The notes under the pieces were generated by a model. The model saw only the letters and a list, made by a program, of their open reading frames with translations. It was not told where the DNA came from and ran no database searches. From the NCBI GenBank assembly GCA_041489255.1, contig JBGPQV010000002.1:150447-174446 (forward strand): 24,000 bases of DNA, given 5' to 3'. Source of the stretch: Thermoplasmata archaeon. GTDB taxonomy: Archaea > Thermoplasmatota > Thermoplasmata > RBG-16-68-12 > JAFNFQ01. This document shows positions 8,190 through 17,575 of this stretch, one piece after another. Within the stretch, counting starts at the first letter, position 1; each line of letters begins with the position of its first letter. The position numbers were made by a program, and so were the translations under genes.

Positions 8190-8420
8190 ATGGACACGAC
8201 AATCCGCGAACTCGACGACGACCTCTACCGGCAGGCAAAGGCCAAGGCGGCCCTCATGGGTATCTCCATCGGACGCGCTATGAACGAGGCCATGCGGAAG
8301 TGGATCTCAGAAGGCAGCGAAGCCAAGAAGGGGAGCATCCTCGATCTGAAACCGGCGAGATTCGGGAAGGGAAGCGAGCATCTCAGCGAAGAAATCGACA
8401 AGGTCCTGTATGGGGAGTAA
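8190..8420 (+). CDS. vapB: Type II antitoxin, VapB-like (ribbon-helix-helix)
   Basis: MDTTIRELDDDLYRQAKAKAALMGISIGRAMNEAMRKWI fits the RHH antitoxin pattern. Its stop lies 2 nt before the PIN gene start. The ORF-track start at 8169 is also possible. Confidence 0.7.
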   Translation: MDTTIRELDDDLYRQAKAKAALMGISIGRAMNEAMRKWISEGSEAKKGSILDLKPARFGKGSEHLSEEIDKVLYGE

Positions 8421-8422
8421 GG

Positions 8423-8827
8423 ATGCTGCTGCTTGACACCAGCGTGATAGTCGCCTTCAGGAATGCCGATGACGTGAACCACGAGAGGAGCATGCGGGTG
8501 TTCGAGGACCTGGCGAACGGCAAATATGCGAACGGCCTCGTAAGCGAATTTGTGTTTCTTGAGACGGTGACAGTGCTGAAGAGGAAGTGTGGAGCGACGA
8601 TCGCGGTTGAGACCGGCGAGGCACTTCTCGACTCGAAGGAGATCAAAGTCCTCCCATCTGGAGACTTATCCGATGCTTCCTGGAAGGAATTCGTGAACCT
8701 TTCGAAGACGAAGCTGAGCTTCGTCGATGCCTCCAATCTCGTTGCCATGCGGATGTACGGGACCCGGGAGATAGCGACGTTCGACCAAGAGTACCGCAAA
8801 ATCAAGGGGATAGAGGTCGTCGGATAG
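8423..8827 (+). CDS. vapC: Type II toxin, PIN-domain ribonuclease VapC
   Basis: MLLLDTSVIVA carries the first acidic residue. The other PIN acidic positions are at SEFVFLE, SFVDASNL and ATFDQEY. Size is 134 aa, and it immediately follows vapB. Confidence 0.85.
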   Translation: MLLLDTSVIVAFRNADDVNHERSMRVFEDLANGKYANGLVSEFVFLETVTVLKRKCGATIAVETGEALLDSKEIKVLPSGDLSDASWKEFVNLSKTKLSFVDASNLVAMRMYGTREIATFDQEYRKIKGIEVVG

Positions 8828-8912
8828 ACCACGCGACCGTGTCCGGAGGGAGAACGGCCTGCCACTCTCGGACCGTTTCTGGGCATCTACCTGCCAAGTC
8901 CCCGTCGAAAAT

Positions 8913-8920
8913 GCTTATAC
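8913..8920 (+). promoter_or_regulatory. TATA-like box for tRNA-Gln (and possibly glnS)
   Basis: GAAAATGCTTATAC is centred about 28 nt upstream of the tRNA 5' end at 8944. Confidence 0.45.
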
Positions 8921-8943
8921 GGAGACGCGGCTTGACGGAACGT

Positions 8944-9014
8944 AGCCCCGTGGTGTAATGGCAGCATAAGAGGCTCTGGACCTCTTGGCATCGGTTCGAA
9001 TCCGGTCGGGGCTG
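8944..9014 (+). tRNA. tRNA-Gln (anticodon CUG)
   Basis: Manual cloverleaf fold. Acceptor is AGCCCCG/CGGGGCT (A1:U72). D stem is GTGT/GCAT with loop AATGGCA. Anticodon stem is AGAGG/CCTCT with loop CTCTGGA (anticodon CTG). T arm is ATCGG-TTCGAAT-CCGGT. The discriminator is G and no CCA is encoded. Confidence 0.9.
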
Positions 9015-9043
9015 CCTGTCCATCCGAGATTCGGTGAAGAAGA

Positions 9044-10729
<1,686 letters not shown>

Positions 10730-10764
10730 GAGGGGGTTTTCTCCGGCTCATCTGATTTCCTCCG

Positions 10765-10780
10765 ATGTCATGCATGACAT
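10765..10780. promoter_or_regulatory. Perfect 16-bp palindrome ATGTCATGCATGACAT
   Basis: Self-complementary by inspection. It lies 36 nt after the glnS stop and about 54 nt before the ATG at 10834. It could be a binding site or a weak terminator hairpin. Confidence 0.3.
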
Positions 10781-10833
10781 GTCAGGGCAAGTGTGATAAA
10801 CTCCCCGTGCATTGGTGGAAATGGAGGTTGAAG

Positions 10834-11442
10834 ATGGCCCCCCCTACAAATACAATATTGCTGCTTGCCCTGATTGTTGTTGCCTGCCTCGTGATAATCC
10901 TTGTGGCATTGGCAATCTTTTGGCTGGGTCAGAAGGAACCTGCACCGAAGGGCAAGGTGCGGCAGAGAAGGGCCGTTGTGACAATCCTCGGAGCGGCCGT
11001 TTTCCTATCGTCGTTCTTCGCTGCGATCTACTCAGATCCTGGCACGCCGTGTTGCGGAATCAGCCTCAGAATGCGTGTGGTCGATTCGTCCGGTGGATTC
11101 ACCATGGATGACTTTCTGGTGACTCTGGATCATTCCCCGGACAGGTACCTCAGCGTCGAAAGGAACAATGAATATGTGCTGATTGATGGGATTTCCAGCA
11201 GCGACATCCTTCCAATCAGGCTCGAATGCAGCCAATCACCAATCTTTTGGGGCAACAGCAGTCTAACCCTGAACTCCTACGTGTCACACCATTTCTTCAT
11301 CTTGACATACGCCAATTCGACAGGGGACTCCGATATGGTCACGTTGTATCTGAATCATGATGACAATATTCATGTCTACCACTTCGGATTTGGAAACGAA
11401 TGGGTGGACATCGAGGTTATGGTCTCAGAAAAGCAATATTGA
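10834..11442 (+). CDS. Hypothetical membrane protein (two N-terminal TM segments, extracytoplasmic domain with N-x-S/T sequons)
   Basis: The MAPPTNTILLLALIVVACLVIILVALAIFWL and AVVTILGAAVFLSSFFAAIY segments are hydrophobic. I recognise no family. The region is visibly more AT-rich than its flanks. The ORF-track start at 10765 would add a Cys-rich MSCMTCQGKC extension. Confidence 0.5.
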   Translation: MAPPTNTILLLALIVVACLVIILVALAIFWLGQKEPAPKGKVRQRRAVVTILGAAVFLSSFFAAIYSDPGTPCCGISLRMRVVDSSGGFTMDDFLVTLDHSPDRYLSVERNNEYVLIDGISSSDILPIRLECSQSPIFWGNSSLTLNSYVSHHFFILTYANSTGDSDMVTLYLNHDDNIHVYHFGFGNEWVDIEVMVSEKQY

Positions 11443-11606
11443 CTACCGACTTCGGCGCACAATTGATGAAGCTAGTCCGTCTTTAAAGCGGTTCATCGGA
11501 GGATAGTTCCTTCTCAAGCGGACTGCCATCGAGTGCCATGGGATCGCCTCCCGCCCGATGGTGCATCAATAAATACCTCATCCGCTTTCGGTGCGCCGGG
11601 GATAGA

Positions 11607-12035
11607 ATGGTCCGAGAGGTTGACTATAAACCGAAGCCCATAGACGCCGAATTCCTGAACAAGCCAGGTGACTACCCTGTCACGGGCAAGCACCTCGAGC
11701 ACGAGATCATGGCGGAGGGCAAGCAGCGCATGGACGCTGAGAACAAGCCCTACCCGACCAAGCTCGGCATCCACGGCCATCATGTGGCTGTCGATTTCGA
11801 GACGTGCGTCGCCGACGGAGCATGCCAGGACGTGTGCCCGGTCGATGTCTTCGAGTGGCTGCTGAACCCGGGGAACAAGGGGACCGGCAACGACAAGGTC
11901 CTGGAGAAGGGCTCGCCTGACTGGCAGAAGTACAGGACCGACAAGGCCGATCCCGTCCGAGAAGGCGACTGCATCGACTGCATGGCGTGCGAGACGGCTT
12001 GCCCCGTGCTGGCGATAAAAATCACGCCCGGCTGA
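11607..12035 (+). CDS. Zinc-containing 2x[Fe-S] ferredoxin (Sulfolobus/Thermoplasma type)
   Basis: LGIHGHHVAVDFETCVADGACQDVCPVDVFEW and ADPVREGDCIDCMACETACPVLAIKITP align from memory with Sulfolobus zinc ferredoxin. The HLEH and IHG histidines and the ADP Asp sit at the expected Zn-ligand positions. GGGGA lies upstream of the ATG at 11607. A start at 11538 is less likely. Confidence 0.85.
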   Translation: MVREVDYKPKPIDAEFLNKPGDYPVTGKHLEHEIMAEGKQRMDAENKPYPTKLGIHGHHVAVDFETCVADGACQDVCPVDVFEWLLNPGNKGTGNDKVLEKGSPDWQKYRTDKADPVREGDCIDCMACETACPVLAIKITPG

Positions 12036-12364
12036 GCAAGAGTCATGGCGCTCTGGGCGCAGGACTCCTTCGCTGCGAATCGGCTTTGGCGAGTGCGACC
12101 GAGAAAGCTCCCTCGACCACTTTCACCTGACAATGTCCGATTTTTCCCAAATCGTTATCGCGGATGATATCCGCGCCGAAACCGGCTTGAGGAGTGGGTT
12201 GACCTTGGGTCTGCTATGGCGGTCGTTTTCACAGCCGGGGGAATAGCTGCGTCCTGCCATCTCGCTCCGCGGCATGGCGGTGACCGGCCTTGATGCCCCT
12301 CACCAAGCGAGGGGTGAACAAGGTGCTCGGCTGCAGCCTGTTTCGAACGGGGGAAGAGGAGCCG

Positions 12365-12736
12365 ATGACCGTCGTGTCCGAGATACTCAGACGGAGCGGC
12401 GTGAAGGTCGGGAAGGTCGATAAGAAGAGCAACCAAATCACGGGGAGAATCGGGTCGTTCTTCGACCCGTACGCCTGCAAGGTTACCGCCCACATATTCA
12501 ATCAGAAGTCGATAAGCCTCATCGAACTCGTCTGCGAGGGAGCGTGGGGTAGACCGGGGGAGAAGGTTCTGTCCGACTACCTCAAGATCCTCTGTCGCAA
12601 CTTCAATGACCTTTCGCTCTCCGATATCGAGAATACGATCGACTGGGGGTGGAGCGGTTCGAAGGGGGAGGGATCCCACAAGGCTCGCACACAAGCCGTC
12701 GCGCTCATCAAGAACATCGAGGCTGAAATGAAGTAG
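12365..12736 (+). CDS. Hypothetical protein, likely co-transcribed partner of the downstream GTPase
   Basis: GAGGAG precedes the ATG at 12365. Composition is balanced and third positions are GC-rich, like real genes here. The stop lies 21 nt before the GTPase ATG. I recognise no family or motif. Confidence 0.5.
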   Translation: MTVVSEILRRSGVKVGKVDKKSNQITGRIGSFFDPYACKVTAHIFNQKSISLIELVCEGAWGRPGEKVLSDYLKILCRNFNDLSLSDIENTIDWGWSGSKGEGSHKARTQAVALIKNIEAEMK

Positions 12737-12757
12737 AAACGGGGCTGCATACCCTTG

Positions 12758-13570
12758 ATGGAGAAAACGGGCAAGACCAAGTTCAAGATTTGCATCGTCG
12801 GGGAAAAGTCGGTGGGCAAGACGTCGCTTCTCGAGAGGTATATCTTCGGCACCTTTGGCGGTGACTCAGGGGCCTCTTCCGGCACGAAGATGTCTTCGGT
12901 GAGTTCAAGGAACATCGAGGCGGGCGGCAAGGTGGTCGACGTTGATGTGGCCTTCTTCGACCTCATGGGTGCGACGGCGGTGAGGGACTCCTTCAAGGAA
13001 GTGTTGTTCTGGGGCGCGCATGGTTTCCTGGCGGTGGCGGACATGACGAGGTCGGACACGATCCGCGCTCTCCCTGCCTGGGTGAAGGTCGTGAGATCCG
13101 TTGCGGGGGAGATCCCGTTCCAAGTGCTCCTCAATAAAGCCGACCTGGCACTTGGAGGCGAATTAAATCTTGAGGACATTGGCTGGTTAAATTCACGGTT
13201 CCCCAAGACGCCGTATCATCTAGTCAGCGCAAGAAGCAGCATCGGAGTCGAAGACGGCATCGACGCGCTCGTAAAGGACGTCATCGAAAGCATCCTCGCA
13301 AAAGCCGCCGTGAAGAAGGAGACACCCGTTCGAGTCGGCGAGATCAGCAGGAAGATTCTGTCCTTCGCAAAGAGGAGGAGCCCCATAGGCGTCCCCAAGA
13401 AAGACCTCCTGATGGTCATCAAGAACGTGGACCACGATTCCTTGATGGCGGAGATTGAAGAACTCAAGGAGAACGGGCTGGTGACGATAGAGTTGACCGG
13501 CCCGGCGTCATTCTTGGTCAAGATCACCAAGGAAGGCGAGAAGCAGCTCGAGCTGACGGCGGCTCACTGA
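12758..13570 (+). CDS. Ras-superfamily small GTPase fused to C-terminal winged-helix domain
   Basis: All GTPase motifs are present: G1 GEKSVGKT, G3 DLMG, G4 NKAD and G5 SAR. The C-terminal approximately 85 aa (ISRKILSFAKRRSPIGVPKKDLLMVIKNVDHDSLMAEIEELKENGLVTIELTGPASFLVKITKEGEKQLE) fits a MarR-like wHTH pattern. Confidence 0.8.
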   Translation: MEKTGKTKFKICIVGEKSVGKTSLLERYIFGTFGGDSGASSGTKMSSVSSRNIEAGGKVVDVDVAFFDLMGATAVRDSFKEVLFWGAHGFLAVADMTRSDTIRALPAWVKVVRSVAGEIPFQVLLNKADLALGGELNLEDIGWLNSRFPKTPYHLVSARSSIGVEDGIDALVKDVIESILAKAAVKKETPVRVGEISRKILSFAKRRSPIGVPKKDLLMVIKNVDHDSLMAEIEELKENGLVTIELTGPASFLVKITKEGEKQLELTAAH

Positions 13571-13575
13571 CAGAG

Positions 13576-13660
13576 TGCGGCGGCCAGGATTCGAACCTGG
13601 GGACTCCTTCGAGACGAGGACCTAAACCTCGCGCCGTTGGCCGAGCTTGGCTACCGCCGC
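13576..13660 (-). tRNA. tRNA-Leu (anticodon UAG), class II with long variable arm
   Basis: Manual fold on the minus strand. Acceptor is GCGGCGG/CCGCCGC. D arm is GCC-AAGCTCGGCCAAC-GGC. Anticodon stem is CGAGG/CCTCG with loop TTTAGGT. The variable arm is TCTCGAAGGAGTC. T arm is CCAGG-TTCGAAT-CCTGG. The discriminator is A and no CCA is encoded. Confidence 0.9.
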
Positions 13661-13682
13661 GGCCCGCCAATGAGGGCGTCCC

Positions 13683-13692
13683 GCTATAAAGC
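13683..13692 (-). promoter_or_regulatory. TATA box for tRNA-Leu
   Basis: The minus strand reads GCTTTATAGC, centred about 27 nt upstream of the tRNA 5' end at 13660. Confidence 0.5.
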
Positions 13693-13826
13693 TCACTTCG
13701 CGATTCCATTGTGGACATATGTGGAATACGAAGGTCGCTTCAAATGCTGCCAACGAGATGCGGATCTCGGTAGAGTATTAATAGACCGAACTGCACTCAG
13801 TCTCAAAATCGAGAGGAAGGCGTCAA

Positions 13827-14189
13827 ATGAGCGCACCACAGCCGCAGATGAGTCAGCTGCCGATGACTGCCGCATATGATCAAGGCCAGAATCCCGGGCA
13901 GACCTGGGGGCCTCCGATGATGAGCCAGCCGTTCATGGCACCGCCTCGGGTTGGGATGCCACCAAAGACTGGACATGTGCTCGTCCTCATCGGCAATATC
14001 CTCGTTGCGACAGGTGTGATAATCTTGGCGTTTTCATTGACAACGGTGACCTTCGCCATTCAGGACAATCCCAACCCCGACCAGGTTTCGTTAGGCATAG
14101 GAGCGATCTTCCTCACGCTCGGTGGACTGCTTGTCGGCATAGGCTTCCTCGTCAGAAGCTTCGGCGCGTACATGGCCGCAGTCCGGTAG
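13827..14189 (+). CDS. Small membrane protein with Gln/Pro/Met-rich N-terminal tail and two TM helices
   Basis: GAGAGGAAGG precedes the ATG. The N-terminus is MSAPQPQMSQLPMTAAYDQGQNPGQTWGPPMMSQPFMAPPRVGMPP. It is followed by VLVLIGNILVATGVIILAFSL and LGIGAIFLTLGGLLVGIGFLV. Confidence 0.55.
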   Translation: MSAPQPQMSQLPMTAAYDQGQNPGQTWGPPMMSQPFMAPPRVGMPPKTGHVLVLIGNILVATGVIILAFSLTTVTFAIQDNPNPDQVSLGIGAIFLTLGGLLVGIGFLVRSFGAYMAAVR

Positions 14190-14344
14190 CTCAATGGAAG
14201 AACGTCGAGAATCAATCCGACAACTTATGATTGAGACGGGCGAGCAGACCGCTTGCCTTCGATTTGCTCGTTCACCGATGCCGGCAGCGGGGCATTGCCC
14301 TGCAAATCCTTTTGCGGCCGACCGCCTTCCCGCCACGGGAGAGC

Positions 14345-15259
14345 ATGTCTTTCCATCCACTCGACTGGGACAAGTCGACACTTATCACTGACTCGGGCAT
14401 GTTCAACACGGAAGAGTTCGGCGCCATCTACCTTATCGAGGACGACAAGGTAACGATGGTGGAATCAGGCACGTCTTTCGATACCGAGCGCATACTGTCG
14501 GCGGTCAGGGAATTTGGTCACACGCCCGGCGACATAGACAACCTGATCGTCTCGCACATACACTTGGACCACGCCGGTGGCGCGGGCTTTTTATTACAGG
14601 AGATGAAGAACGCCAGGGTATTCGTCCATGAGAGAGGCTACAAGCACCTTGTCGATCCGACTCGGCTGCTCGCGAGTGCGCGGGCGGCACTAGGGGCCTC
14701 CGCGAACGAATTCGGCACGATGAGACCGATACCTGCTGAGAGGCTCGTGGCGGTCAAGGACGGGGACAAGCTGGAGCTCGGCAAGCGGGAGCTTATCTTC
14801 TACGATTCGCCCGGGCACGCGCCGCACGAGCTCACGATATTCGACACTTACAATAAGGGCATCTACACCGGGGACGCCGCGGGTCTCTATCTATCCAGGG
14901 ACGAGGTCCTTATGCCGATAGCTCCAGCGCCTACGTTCAGCCTCGAAGACAACATCAGGAGCCTGGACAGGATGCTCACTCTCCAGCCGCGCGCGCTTTT
15001 CTTCAGTCACTATGGCCCGCACACCAGCCCGAAGGCGGTCGTCACCATCCAGAAGATACAATATGCCGAATGGGCTGACTTCGTGCGGAGACGGAGAGGC
15101 CTGGACTCGGAGGAAATGATGACTGAGCAGCTGTTCAGGGACTATGGCATCCGCATCAAAGCCTACGAGCCGGGTTTCGTCAAGAAGAGGATCAGGGACA
15201 GCGTCGAGGGGCTGATCGTCTACCACCAGAGGCTGGAGGATGCTGCCCGCAAGATTTAG
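14345..15259 (+). CDS. MBL-fold metallo-hydrolase
   Basis: Contains the HxHxDH motif VSHIHLDHAGGAG and downstream His/Asp motifs (SPGHAPHE, TGDAAG, FFSHYGP). I chose the start at MSFHPLDW because the upstream extension from 14231 is Arg-rich and looks non-coding. Confidence 0.8.
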   Translation: MSFHPLDWDKSTLITDSGMFNTEEFGAIYLIEDDKVTMVESGTSFDTERILSAVREFGHTPGDIDNLIVSHIHLDHAGGAGFLLQEMKNARVFVHERGYKHLVDPTRLLASARAALGASANEFGTMRPIPAERLVAVKDGDKLELGKRELIFYDSPGHAPHELTIFDTYNKGIYTGDAAGLYLSRDEVLMPIAPAPTFSLEDNIRSLDRMLTLQPRALFFSHYGPHTSPKAVVTIQKIQYAEWADFVRRRRGLDSEEMMTEQLFRDYGIRIKAYEPGFVKKRIRDSVEGLIVYHQRLEDAARKI

Positions 15260-15266
15260 ATCGCGG

Positions 15267-16130
15267 ATGCACAGGATCGCCGCTGACAGGAAGTCCGGCG
15301 CGATCGAGCTCGCACTGGCGGTTGTCGAGGCCTTCGAGGGGTTGTCGAACTCACGCCCGCTGCCGGAGAAAAAGGAGATGATGGCGGCGGTGAAGTTCCT
15401 CTCGAACTCCCAGCGATCAATGGTCCCCATCCGCAATTCGGCGGAGATGTGCGCGCGGATACTGGCGGGCGGCGGTGAATCGGCATTCCGGCTGGGACTT
15501 CTCTGGACACTCATCGAAAGCTCCCGTGAAAGGGTCGCGATGAATTCCCAGGCTATCTTCGGCAATAAATCGGTGGTGCTCACACTCAGTCGAAGTTCAA
15601 CGGTGCTACTTGCCCTCCAAGTCGCTGCGAAGTCGGGGAGGCTCGGAAAGCTATTCATCATGGAGTCCAGGCCACGGCTTGAAGGAAGGTCGACGGCAAA
15701 GATGGTGGCCGAAATGGGAGTGGAATGCACATTGGTAGCAGACGCCATGGGGCCTTCGCTCGTCGAGGACGTGGACCTGGCGGTAGTCGGTGCCGACGCG
15801 ATCCTCAAGGATGGCGGCGTGGTCAACAAGGTGGGGACCTATCCGCTTGCGCTCGCCTGCACCGATAATGGGAAGCCCCTCTGCGTGCTCGCCGAATCGA
15901 TAAAGCTTGACCGGCGGTCCAGCTCGGAGACTTGGGCGGGGTCCGAGGAGAGAGACGAATTCGAATTGCTCCCCCGACCGCCACGCAGCCTGAGAGCGCT
16001 CAACCGCTACTTCGACCTCACTCCCCCCGCCAACGTCAGCTGCGTCGTGCATGAGGATGGTATATCCAGACAAGGATGGGCGAAGATTATGGGGAAGATA
16101 CTCGACCGTCTGACGGACGAGAGCGCATAG
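15267..16130 (+). CDS. eIF-2B alpha/beta/delta family protein (ribose-1,5-bisphosphate isomerase/MtnA-like fold)
   Basis: DRKSGAIELA, VLTLSRSSTVL, ESRPRLEGR, VVGADAILKDGGVVNKVGTYPLALA and VLAESIKLD match the eIF-2B-related family pattern. The ATG at 15240 would overlap the MBL gene by 20 nt. Confidence 0.6.
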   Translation: MHRIAADRKSGAIELALAVVEAFEGLSNSRPLPEKKEMMAAVKFLSNSQRSMVPIRNSAEMCARILAGGGESAFRLGLLWTLIESSRERVAMNSQAIFGNKSVVLTLSRSSTVLLALQVAAKSGRLGKLFIMESRPRLEGRSTAKMVAEMGVECTLVADAMGPSLVEDVDLAVVGADAILKDGGVVNKVGTYPLALACTDNGKPLCVLAESIKLDRRSSSETWAGSEERDEFELLPRPPRSLRALNRYFDLTPPANVSCVVHEDGISRQGWAKIMGKILDRLTDESA

Positions 16131-16197
16131 AGCAGGCTCAGGCTTACTTACAGAATATAGTCAACCGTTATCTAGCCAGCTCGGGAAAACCCTCTCG

Positions 16198-17553
16198 ATG
16201 TCCGCTCTAGCTGCGAAGCCGAAACCGCGCCTCAACCCGGTGAGAGTCAAGGTCAAGGAAGTCGAGCCGAGCCAGAGGGTGAAGGGCTTCGGCGAGGTCA
16301 TCATCCCCTATACGCGCGAGGAGGCGATCGCCGAGGCGCAGCGCTGCATACAGTGCGGCAAACCCTACTGCAACGAGGCGTGCCCGATCGGCCAGGACGC
16401 CCGCGGATACATCAAGCTCATGGCCCAAGGGAACTTCGACGAGGCTGCCGCCAAGATCGTCTGGGACAATCCCCTGGCCGAGTGCCTCGGCAAGGTGTGC
16501 TATCACTTCTGCGAGGAGGCCTGCACCATCGGAAAGAAAGGCGAGCCGATTGCGATCAGGCAGCTCAAGAGGGCCGCGCTGGAGTTCGGCAAGACGCCCG
16601 CACCCTACGATGCCGTCCCCAAGAACGGGAAGAAAGTGGCCATTATCGGAGCCGGCCCGTCAGGCATAATGGCGGCATGGAGCCTCGGGAAGATGGGCTA
16701 TGACATCACAGTGTTCGAGGGCACGAAGAACCTCGGCGGGCTCATGACCATGAGCATACCCGGTTACCGCCTGACGAAGGGCACCTTCCAGAAGGACCTG
16801 GAGCGCATGAAGAACATCGGCATCGACTACAGGGTCGGAGTCCGAATCGGCCGCGACAAGAACTTCGAGGACCTGTTCAATAGCGGGTACGACGCCGTTT
16901 TCGTGGCGGTAGGGACGATGGAGCCTCAGGGTATCAGGATCCCAGGCACACAGCTTCCCGGAGTGCTCACTGCACTCGACATGCTTATCAGCATCAACAC
17001 CGGCCAGAAGGTAACAATGGGGAAGAGGGTGGCGGTGATAGGCGGCGGCGACGTCGCAATGGACTCCGTCCGGAGCGCCCTGCGGTTCGGAGCGGAGAAG
17101 GTGACCCTCGTCTACCGGAGGAGCCGCGAGGAGATGCCCGCCAGCGACGATGAGATCGCGGAGACGCAAGCAGAGGGCATCGAGTTCATGTTCCTGACAG
17201 CACCGCTGGATGTCTTGGGGAATGACAGAGTCGCCGGCCTCAAGTGCCAGAAGATGCAGCTGGGCGAACCCGACGAGAGCGGCAGGAGGAGGCCCGTCCC
17301 GATTCCGGGTTCGGAATTCGTACTCGACGTTGATACGGTCATCCTCGCGATCGGCCAGCAGCCCAGCCTCAAAGGGATACCGGACATAGGGATAGTCGTG
17401 AACAAGAAGGGAGTGATCGAGGGCGACCCCGAGACCGGCGGCACGAAGCAGCCAGGGGTGTACGCTGGCGGCGGTGCTTCCGTCGTCCATGCCATGGCGG
17501 CGGGGAGGAAGGCGGCACTGTCAATCGATAAGTTCCTGCGCCCCGCAAGCTGA
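16198..17553 (+). CDS. Glutamate synthase small-subunit-like NAD(P)H oxidoreductase (GltD/NfnB/SudA family)
   Basis: The N-terminal Fe-S region is RCIQCGKPYCNEACP...CYHFCEEACT. The FAD/NAD dinucleotide motifs are VAIIGAGPSGIMAA and VAVIGGGDVAMD. AIGQQP and GVYAGGG are also present. Confidence 0.85.
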   Translation: MSALAAKPKPRLNPVRVKVKEVEPSQRVKGFGEVIIPYTREEAIAEAQRCIQCGKPYCNEACPIGQDARGYIKLMAQGNFDEAAAKIVWDNPLAECLGKVCYHFCEEACTIGKKGEPIAIRQLKRAALEFGKTPAPYDAVPKNGKKVAIIGAGPSGIMAAWSLGKMGYDITVFEGTKNLGGLMTMSIPGYRLTKGTFQKDLERMKNIGIDYRVGVRIGRDKNFEDLFNSGYDAVFVAVGTMEPQGIRIPGTQLPGVLTALDMLISINTGQKVTMGKRVAVIGGGDVAMDSVRSALRFGAEKVTLVYRRSREEMPASDDEIAETQAEGIEFMFLTAPLDVLGNDRVAGLKCQKMQLGEPDESGRRRPVPIPGSEFVLDVDTVILAIGQQPSLKGIPDIGIVVNKKGVIEGDPETGGTKQPGVYAGGGASVVHAMAAGRKAALSIDKFLRPAS

Positions 17554-17575
17554 GTGGACAGACCTCTCGAGACAC

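Noticed and set aside
12036-12364. A 330-bp intergenic region with an oligo-T run (12141-12145) and the palindrome GCGGAT-gat-ATCCGC (12160-12174). I considered a C/D-box sRNA or another ncRNA.
   Set aside because: GATGATA is only a loose match to a C box, and no CUGA D or D' boxes sit at appropriate spacing. The T-run is more simply a terminator for the ferredoxin gene. I could not support a covariance-type structure by eye.
12155-12694. 179-aa minus-strand ORF competing with the plus-strand 12365-12736 gene.
   Set aside because: Its product is Arg/Pro-rich and looks like junk. The plus-strand ORF has an SD-like GAGGAG, balanced composition and GC-rich third positions, and sits in operon-like spacing with the GTPase gene.
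14891-15829. Long antisense ORFs: 312 aa here, plus 16660-17490, 12577-13206, 6569-7264, 23372-23968, 797-1384 and 17112-17726.
   Set aside because: Each lies opposite a gene with clear family motifs. Their products are Arg/Pro/Ser/Ala-rich with no recognisable domains. These are typical shadow ORFs of GC-rich DNA.
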